Below, piece by piece: positions 54,717 through 64,000 of a stretch of DNA of 64,000 nucleotides. A model generated the notes under the pieces. That model was not told the origin of the DNA and did not search any database. It saw only the letters and a program-made list of their open reading frames with translations. Origin of the DNA: Octopus vulgaris (lineage: Eukaryota); NCBI GenBank assembly GCA_951406725.2, contig OX597816.1:32364001-32428000 (forward strand), in the 5' to 3' direction. The stretch's first letter is position 1, and every line of letters starts with the position of its first letter. A program made the position numbers and the translations under genes.

Positions 54717-57382
54717 TCTGCTTGTGTGATCCTATTTTTTCCATATATTGAAGTGTGTATGACCTCACTAAAATAAGTTTTCTCGCACCATTACTATTCC
54801 TCTTTCTGTTACTGAGAAGCAAAGTATTCACCAGCAACTCTGTTGGAGTTGAGTGGATAGCAACATAATTATAGTGTGGATGCGAATATTTCTTAACAAA
54901 AATATTCGCTAAATTTGCAATGTAAATGCAAAGTATCTGTATGGATCCAATACTTTCCTGTCTATAATAAACTCGCTCAATCTTTGTCAAATAACAATGC
55001 TCAAGTGATCACAAGTTTCTAGAGAGATCCATATCCCTCCTTCTTTCTCTTTCTTCCTCTTTCTCGTCATGCATACACACACACACTCTCTCTCTCTCTA
55101 TCACACACAAACACACACACATATTTGGTCCTAAGGTATCTTTTGGAGGACTACGGGTAAACGTGTTCTCCCGTTCCAGTCACTCATTGCAACTAAACCG
55201 GCTCCCGTCCGTCTTGGTTATGCTTGCTTGATCTTGCAGGAGGTTGTTAGGGCACCCATCGGAAATAAAACAAGATCTACAAAAAAAAAAAGGGCCGCAG
55301 GGCTGTTGTCTTTGTCCCTCACCACACCAAACAAAGACACCAGACAGTGGATCAAGTGGGGGGAATTTAGGGCTCCAAACATAACAATTGATCACAACGG
55401 AAGAGGTCGATGCCTGACGGACACGCTAGAAAGGCGCAACTCTAGTGACATTACAGTAGCGGCTTTCCGTTGCAAACCATATTCTGGATCTCGCATGTGA
55501 AACTATGCAGTGCCGCAGCAGAAGCATTTTGGGACATAGATATACAATTTGAGAAAGTTGAACAAGCGTAAAGTACCTTGCGCATGCTTCTTTTGTTCTC
55601 ATGTAGCTTAATACCTGATGCAATGTTCATGCAACGGGGATTCCCCAACTTTGCTAATTCTCAGACAGAGATAATTACAATTAAAAGAAGGTTACATGGT
55701 CTGTCGATTTTTCCCGTGGTGAACTGAGTAGTACTGAGAAGCCATTAGGATAGAACAAAAGATAAAAAATCCCTAAATTAATTTTCGAAAAGTATGTCAA
55801 CTGATATCAAATATATGCGAGTAATAGTCTTGTACAGTTTAGGAGGAGGAAGGAAAAGGTGGAAGGCAGAAGAAAACAGAAGGAAAACAGTTGAAATATT
55901 TGTATTGGTAATGAGAAATTTTTGCGGCCATAAACAATTATCTGAAGAAGGTGATGAGATAAATTGACCGACTAATAAGATTCCGTCCTACAATCACTGT
56001 AGACATAGACATACAAGTGGATACACAAACAATTCACACATCAAGCCGAACGTATGCGCACAATATATACGTATCCCTAAAGGCGCGCGCGAACAGGCAG
56101 CATTTATACGCATCTATACTTAAAAATTCACACGCGCGCAAAAGCACATTTTCACACATTGACCGAGCGCACCTACATATGAAGATTCTCTTCCGCATAT
56201 AAGTATATACACAAACATACATAATTGTTTAAAAGCGCGCATATGCGAAAGTATAAATCTATGCACGTGTGCGCACACACACATTCATGACAACACAAGA
56301 GTACGCAGATACATATGATAGGTGTATATGCACATACGCGTATCTGTGAAACGAAACTTATATTCGCTCTCTGGCATTTCTAGTTGCTCACTGTGAGCTA
56401 TATCGAAATTATCAATGTGGAAAAAAGGTAACTTCCGATCACAATAATCTGTTTACGTTCATTATTGTACAAAGTGCATATTTCGTTTTCAGTGGCTGAT
56501 ATGTTTTTGCTTGATGGTTTCAAATAGCCTACACACAAATCAGGCGATGTAACCCTAGTGATATATGCACACTCACACACAGACACACAGACACACTCGC
56601 AAACAGACACACATTGAGAAATACAGAAAACATACATACACAAACTCACACATTTATTGCCCGATATTATATAAATATAAATATATCTATCTATCAATCT
56701 ATATATCTCTCTATCTGTCTATCTATCTCGCTCTCTCTATATATATTTTAATAGTTTTCACCTTTTCCTTTGAAGTAAGAGTGACACAAACCACAGGTAC
56801 GTACAGAAAAAAATTAGTAGCATATCAATATTATTGATAAGTATATAAATTTTTCACTTTTAAGGCGCATGGGAATAGTTCTTGTAATCTCTATAATATT
56901 CAGTGTGTATAATCATTTCGTTTATTGGAAATGTATACACATACAAATTTATAGAATATTAAACTATTGACTTACTCTAATATATTTCCTTCTTACAACC
57001 AATTAAATTTCTGATGCTTTAGTTTTTTAAATATTATTGCCATTATTTTGTAAGCAATAGTGTAGTTTAAAGTAATCGTAAATTTATACTTTTGCTAACC
57101 ATCGGCGTATTTAATAGCAACGTACCGCTTTTATGTCACCTGGCAATTTAACACCCTACTGCAATCATACCATTATGCAATCTGTGTCCTTCTTCTTCTT
57201 CGTCTAATTCTCTGCTACCTCCTTCTTTACTTTACTTCTACCGCTGTTTAGGATAACACCTACGCGAATATTATAAACAGTACATTCAAAAGAGATATCT
57301 CTATACTTCAATCCACAGCAAGACACTTTCAGGGTACTTGACCATTTAAAATCCTACTACAATCATAGCACTCTCTCGTCCG

Positions 57383-58008
57383 TCTTCTTCTTCTTCTTCT
57401 TCTTCTTCTTCTTCTTCTTCTTCTTCTTCTTCTTCTTCTTCTTCTTCTTCTTCTTCTTCTTCCTTTTCTTCTTCCTTTTCTTCTTTTTCTTCTTATTCTT
57501 CTTCTTCTTCTTCTTCTTCTTCTTCTTCCTTTTTCTTCTTCTTCTTCTTCATTTTCTTCTTTTACTTCTCTTCTTCTTCGTCTGCTTCCTTTTCTTCTTT
57601 TTCTTCTTCCTTCTTCTTCTTCTTTTTCTTCTTTTACTTCTTCTTCTTCTTCGTCTGCTTCCTTTTCTTCTTTTTCTTCTTCCTTTTTCCTCTTGTTCTT
57701 CATCTTCTTCTTCTTCGTCTTCTTCCTTTTCTTATTCTTCTTCTTCTTCTTCTTCTTTTCTTCTTCTTCTTCTTCTTCTTCCTTTTCTTCTTTTTCTTCT
57801 GCTTTTTTTCTTTTTCTTCTCCTACTTTTTCTTCTTTTTTTCTTCTTTTTCTTCTTCTTCTTCTTCTTCCTTTTCTTCTTTTTCTTCTTCTTTTTCTTTT
57901 TCTTCTCCTTCTTTTTCTTCTTTTTCTCATTTTTCTTCTTCTTCTTCTTCTTCTTCTTCTTCTTCTTCTTCTTCTTCTTCTTCTTCTTCTTCTTCTTCTT
58001 CTTCTTCT
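57383..58008. repeat. ~625-bp degenerate (CTT)n polypyrimidine tract
   Basis: Read directly; source of the K/E/R and F/S ORFs. Confidence 0.97.
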
Positions 58009-58254
58009 CCCAATTCTTCTTCCCTGACAAAAATTCACAACGACATCGAACCCTCAAGAGTAAACAAAAGAGACAGAGACAAGCAGAAAGAAGGAAAATG
58101 CACCTTGTACTTGAATATTATGCAAATATTCTTTTAAAAATCTTTTCATTAAATTTTTTACAAAATTTGTTTTCCATACTTACAGTTGAAGACATCTCAA
58201 TGAATGAAACCGTTACTATTTTTTAGAAATTTATTTCAGCATTTTCTACCTTGA

Positions 58255-58410
<156 letters not shown>

Positions 58411-58594
58411 CTACTCTATATATAGGGGAGAGCTACAGTTCACATATACATACACATACATATAAGCATGTATGTATGCCTCTATTTGTACATCGGAAGT
58501 AAAAGTTAATAACCAATAAATATATTTGTTCACACAAATAAGACACGTTTGTCGAAATAATTGCGTGAGTAAGCGTAATGTTTCTTTTCCAATA

Positions 58595-58808
58595 TTTTTT
58601 TCTACTTTAGGCACAAGTCTCGAAATTGTGGGGGAGTCGGCCTGTGTATTAGAACGACCCAGTACATAACTCGTACTTAATTTATGGACCTCGATAGAAT
58701 GAAATGGAAAGTTGACCTTAGGGAAAATTGAGCTCAGAACGTAAAGAGATAAGAAATACTGCTAAGCGTTTCACTCGGTGTGCTATCGTTTCTGCCAGTT
58801 CACCGCCT
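58595..58808 (-). mobile_element. SINE family A (alternative tail), with imperfect TSD
   Basis: Minus strand ggcggtgaactggcagaaacgatagcac...; flanks tgtttcttttccaata / tgtttccttttctaata. Confidence 0.8.
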
Positions 58809-58849
58809 TGTTTCCTTTTCTAATAGAGGAATACACATGTTTCTACAGT

Positions 58850-59332
58850 GCCTATACTAGTTCTTCCTTACAGCGACAAAAACAAAAAAATGTGCACCTT
58901 CATTTTTGAACGAAGTGCATGGAGATTCTCCCACAACGACTGGTGACACTACTGAAAGTAATATCGTGCACAGATTGTTTAAGAATTATAGACAGTAGGA
59001 AGGTAGCTATATAGTCCAACGACTCAGCGGTAGATCGGAAGCTGTGAACAATTATTCAAAGCAACAGCAGAACGAACGAGAAGAGATTTAACAGGACAGA
59101 CAGGTCAGAATACGTGCGCGTGCAGCAACATCTGATCCTTTGGACCACGACGCCCCATCCATCTCCCGAGGAAGTGAACATTCAGCCATACACGAACGAC
59201 GAGGTCAATACGATTACAGATTGAATTCCTATACTTCAAAAAACAAAAACAAAACAGTTGAGAAAATATATTACAATTAATAAGTCATTTATAATTATTT
59301 AATTATAATGAGTTACTTTTCAATCACCCTGT
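58850..59332 (+). mobile_element. Possible mariner remnant with a TIR-like end
   Basis: gttacttttcaatcaccctgt (about 59311-59332) resembles a mariner terminal repeat; coding similarity is weak. Confidence 0.35.
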
Positions 59333-61069
59333 TTGTGTATGTATGTATACACACAAACACACACACACATATGTATATATGAGTGGTATAGATAATTATT
59401 GTTGTGTATCTGTGGAAGAGAAATGCAATGGATGAGAGAATTTCCACCCCATGGAACACACTGAAAGCTGTCCAATGTTTGTTTGAAGGTGTGAGGTAAT
59501 TAGGATAGATGAAGCTACATGAATTTTAGTTTTCTTAAGGACTAGCCCAAGGTAATATTAGACAATAATTAATTCATAGGAAATCAGAAAACGTGTACTA
59601 CGGTGCCGCTCTGGCTTTAATTTTTTTCTTTTATAAACGAACATTCCTTATTAATTCTTCTTTGGTCTGAAATATTGTCAGTTCATTAGTAGAGCGGGAA
59701 GATAAGCATTTTGGGAGATTTGGTATACGTGCATATGTTCAGATATTATTCAACTGTAGAAATAAGTTGCAACGTAATGGTGCGAAGCTGTATCGGACTT
59801 TGCCATTCCTTTGGATAACATTGGTAACGTAGAGAGGGGAGGCTGATACGCATGGATTACTACTGGTCTTTCATACACAATATTAAGCGGACTTTTTTCT
59901 TGCAACTTTACTTTTCGCTTCGTTACATATTAGTTTTACTCTTGTCACGTGTGAATATTTTAACCAATCAAACGTTTTAAACCACCAATACTTATAGCGA
60001 ATTTGATATTTTAGCAGATTAGAGATTCATGATTTCTTTCCCGTATATTGACAATTTCAGCAAAATTTAACTCTCTGTATCCGGTTTACTATTAAATATT
60101 GCCGTATAACATGAAAACGCTGCCTCATTTAATTTATCTCTCTCTCTCTATCTCTCTATCTCAATCTATCTACCTATCTCTCCCTCTCTCTAATCTCTCT
60201 CTCTCTCCATCTCTGTTTCTCTCTCTCTTTCTTTCTCATTTGCTTGACCGGTATTTCACCTTTGCTAATGCATCGGCTTAATTTGGTAATTTGAATGCAT
60301 ATACGCCATTTAATTTGTCATTTTACTGAATTCATTTAACGGATAACACGCATTTAACTGACAAAACATGCATTTGAAACGATCGTTTCCTACGTATTAT
60401 AAGCCACTTAATTGGAAAACTTGCATTACATATTAGTAGTTCTCGTAACACTCCCACGCACAAACAAATATCTTTCTTATGTGAGTATATTGCTCAAAGC
60501 ATATTGAGGTTTTCACTAACTTAATTTATCTTGTAATTAATGATGCCTTATGAACTCATTCCTATCACAAATTTGTATTCGCCAACCAAACAATGGATAA
60601 TTAAAAATGCTTTCTTCAAACAACGAGATGAAACGAAGTCCACGTTTTGTTCGTACGCAGAAAACCGAATACATAATCATGCATACAATCATTTTCTTTT
60701 TCTTTTGTCTTTGGCTTCTGTCTCTAAAATTACCCCTTCAATTTCCTATACAATTATAGGTCATCTAGTAGTAGCTACGAGTTTAATCATTCTATTGTCT
60801 CTGATTCTTTATAACCATGAAAAATCATTCATATACATACACACATACAGACAGACAGACATACAGACAGACAGACGTACGTACACACATATACACTCAT
60901 ATCTTTGTATCATGTCATCGCATAAGAAGAGTCCGGCTTTTAAATAAGGAAAAACAATTGACCATATCTTACGTTCTAATGAACCTTAATTGTCAATTTT
61001 TCCATGATCCCGTTGTTTCCATGATTCTTTAATCAAATCTTTGCATCTACTCGTAAGCTTTATAATCCC

Positions 61070-61300
61070 TATTTCTTTATTACCCACAATGAGCTAAACA
61101 TAGAGGGGACAAACAAGGACAGACGTAGGTATTAAGTCGATTACATCGACCCCAGTATGTAACTGGTACTTAATTTATCGACCCCGAAAGGATGAAAGGC
61201 AAAGTCGACCTCGGCGGAATTTGAACTCAGAACGTAGCGGTAGAGGAAATAATGCAAGGCATTTCGCCTGGCGTGCTAACGATTCTGCCAGCTCACCACC
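61070..61300 (-). mobile_element. SINE family A, full length, with TSD
   Basis: 18-bp repeat CGTAAGCTTTATAATCCC at 61052-61069 and 61310-61327. Confidence 0.93.
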
Positions 61301-61399
61301 TTATAATCCCGTAAGCTTTATAATCCCATTAATGAAAAAACTTACCGTTTTGAAGAGAAGAACTAACTTGAAACATCAGTTTGGTTTCCTCAGATGTTT

Positions 61400-62330
61400 C
61401 GAGTGTTAATCAATCCAACTGGTAATCTGCAGGAGCAAGGTCTGTGGAATAAGGCGGATGAGCACCAATTTTCTCTCAGCTAAGTTCCTCGATCTTCCGT
61501 GTTGTGAGGTTTGAAGTGTGGGGGTCTTGCATTAGCCTGATGGAAAAGCACTACATTTTGATTCACTAAATCACGCTATTCTTTTTAAAACAGCGTTCAA
61601 ATGCTTTAATTGCTGACACAATATATCTGAATTGATGGTTGCATTAGTTGGTAGTAAATGAAAGTGGATGACTCCTTTGCAATCCAACCAAAGAGAGTGA
61701 TGAAACACCTTCAGATGGAGTTCTCTTTTCGGTTGTGGTTTGGCTTTTACCACTTCCCCAAGCCAATGTTTAAATCGCGTAACATTTTGTTAAGTGACTC
61801 ATTTTTCATCATCGGTCACCTGTCTGTCTAAAAAGGCCAGCTGGGTTTACGAGAATGAAGAGAAAAACAGATATTCGTTTGGGATTTGCGGTTACCTAAT
61901 GACAAACCAATGAGGCATATATTTTCCGATGATTTTGACAATACAAAGCTTTTGACGATGGTGAAGAGGAATAGTATAGCTTGAACAAAGCGTGCTTGCC
62001 CATTCTTTGACTTGAACTGCATGATATTCTTCATGTTCTGCCAAAGGGAGCTTGTCATCAAACTCAGTTGGAGATCCAGTTTGGACTCATCTTCAAGGCA
62101 GAAATTTCCACTTTTGAATTTCACAATCCTTGTTCTGCAAGTTCTTCTATTCATTCATCAAGGCACACTTCTCCATAAGCTGATTGAATATGTCAAGTCG
62201 CTTCAGCTGCAGAGTTGCGATTTTTAGACTCATAAAGCATTATGTGCCACAAATATAGCCGAGACATTTTCATGTTTAAAGAGATATAATTAATGAAATT
62301 TAAATTAAATTATCCTGTAAAATGAAATTT
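61400..62330 (-). mobile_element. Mariner (DD34D) transposase pseudogene
   Basis: KFKSGNFCLEDE (HTH region), VTDDEK, LWLDCKGVIHFHLLP...TINSDILCQQL, an HQANARPHT-like motif and an HPPYSTDLAPADYQL reading. Confidence 0.88.
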
Positions 62331-62519
62331 AATGTTCAAATACACCTAGATGTTACTAAATATTATCAGATATTTCAAAACATTTTAAAGCACCTATCGG
62401 ATGATCTGACGTCTATACATGTATAAACGGATATATTTTCTTGAACAGCTAAGGGAAATAAACTATTCATGTTCCTAGCCAAGGGAAATAACCGGATCAT
62501 TGTTCTTTGATCATCCTAA

Positions 62520-64000
62520 ATACTTCGAAGGTCAAGGTTAATGGTCAAAGGATGGAAATTGACAATAGGTGGCTCGTGCCCATATCACACGTTGTCGTCT
62601 AAAACAATGCAGAACCAAGTTAATGTTGAGTCATGCAACATAAAGAATATTAAATATATATGTAAATACATCAATAAAGTTTCAGGTATGAGAGTTTGGG
62701 GATTTGAACTGGAGAGAAGGCAGGAGAAATTCAGCAGTATGATTTGGGCAGGTATATTTACCCTAATAAAAGCTTCGAATTCCACGAGCGCGTCATCCAA
62801 CAGTGGTGAATTTATCTGTACATCCACCAGTAACTACTTTGCAGATTTCTTCAAAATATTCCACCGTGACATTTTAGGGCTGAACAGTATTCTATGTTTA
62901 GGTTTCCGTGTTCTATACCTGGACACACAATTGATGAAATAGATGCAAGCATAAAGCATGCGTTGAAGGCTGGGAAGAACATGCTGTATTCAGAAATGGG
63001 GCCATTGGGAAGGTTTACACTATGCACCCTTCTTTCTGCATCTACTGCTGCACATTGTCAAACCATGGAAGTCACAATGGGGAAGTCTGCGTGACCTGCG
63101 CAGAAACCGGTGCCAAATAGGGATTGCTGTTGGACGATACTCACTCGGACTTGATATTGGAGGAGGCAGTAGTCAGCAGAGCACCAAGTCAACTGTTCCA
63201 GCTATTTTCTAGTCTGTTGATGACGTGTGGCTTGGGTTAACCTCTCAAGCTTTGGGTGACCCACAATACTAGCATGACAGAAGACATGCTACAAAGGATT
63301 CAAATGCAAGCCTCAGCAGAATTTACCACGTTTAATAACGCTATTTACAATGAGGCATTACTTGACCTGGACACCTGAGTGTAAGATATGAGAAATTAAA
63401 GCATTGACACATGTGGTCTACCTCTATTGGAGCAGGCACAAATAATCTCGCAAATCAGTACCGGCACGAAATCAGCTGTGACATCGAGGAAATAACGGCG
63501 TATATAGCTAATAACGAACACAAACTGATGGAGGATCAAATGGATGTTTATAAGATCATTATTCCGAGCAATGAAGCTGAAAGTGGTGGTCTTTTCTTTC
63601 TGGGTGCTCCAGGTGGAAAGGGCAAGACATTTTCCATCAACCTTCTTCTGGCTAAACTGCACCAAATGAAACTTTACCACACCGGTGGCGTCAGGAGGAA
63701 TAGCTGCATCTCTGCTAAGTGGTAGCCGCACAGCTCATTCCTGTTTCAGTCACACTTTGGACCTGTCCAAAAAAAGAGAAGGCAAATTGCAACATCAGTC
63801 GTAGTTCTATAAAAGGCAAACTTATGGGTGAATGCATGTTGATCATCTGGAATGAGGCGACACTGAGACATAAGGTTTTGTTTGAAGCTCTTGACATGGC
63901 ACTTCAGCATCTGAAACACAACACCAGTCTTGATTACAGGGGACTTTAGACACACTCTTCCCGTGGTTCGATAGGGAGTAAGAGCTGATGAGGTAAATAC
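62520..64000 (+). pseudogene. Helitron Rep/PIF1-helicase pseudogene (continues past the window end)
   Basis: Rep end IDNRWLVPY..VNVESCNIKNIKYICKYINK; helicase LFFLGAPGGKGKTF (Walker A), GIAASLL, LIIWNEA..HK..FEALD, GDFRHTLPVV; multiple stops and frameshifts. Confidence 0.92.

Noticed and set aside
57329-58226. Long K/E/R-rich and F/S-rich ORFs (242, 177 and 112 aa)
   Set aside because: Translations of the (CTT)n tract; stop codons are absent for compositional reasons.

Overview
AT-rich, microsatellite-dense eukaryotic non-coding DNA. The SINE families look like those of octopods (recalled, not verified). I found no supportable host exon; almost all ORF-track entries are translated simple repeats. 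The window is mostly decayed transposons: Penelope-like elements (PLEs; one 5'-truncated Neptune-type GIY-YIG copy with an inverted pLTR fragment), RTE, R4/Dong-like and Hero-like LINE fragments, Tc1/mariner remnants, a decayed Helitron RepHel plus short non-autonomous Helitrons, and at least three tRNA-derived SINE families. The most notable signal is a set of short non-coding elements lodged in (TA)n tracts that carry minimal type I hammerhead ribozyme (HHR) motifs and inverted or partial-tandem duplications. The best case is an apparently intact HHR at 16771-16862 with an unusually long stem II, inside a 586-nt ORF-less repeat unit (PLE pLTR or retrozyme-like). It has a diverged relative at about 13 kb, and a second HHR pair lies at 51.5/52.3 kb. 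All alignments were done by eye; boundaries of decayed elements are approximate.
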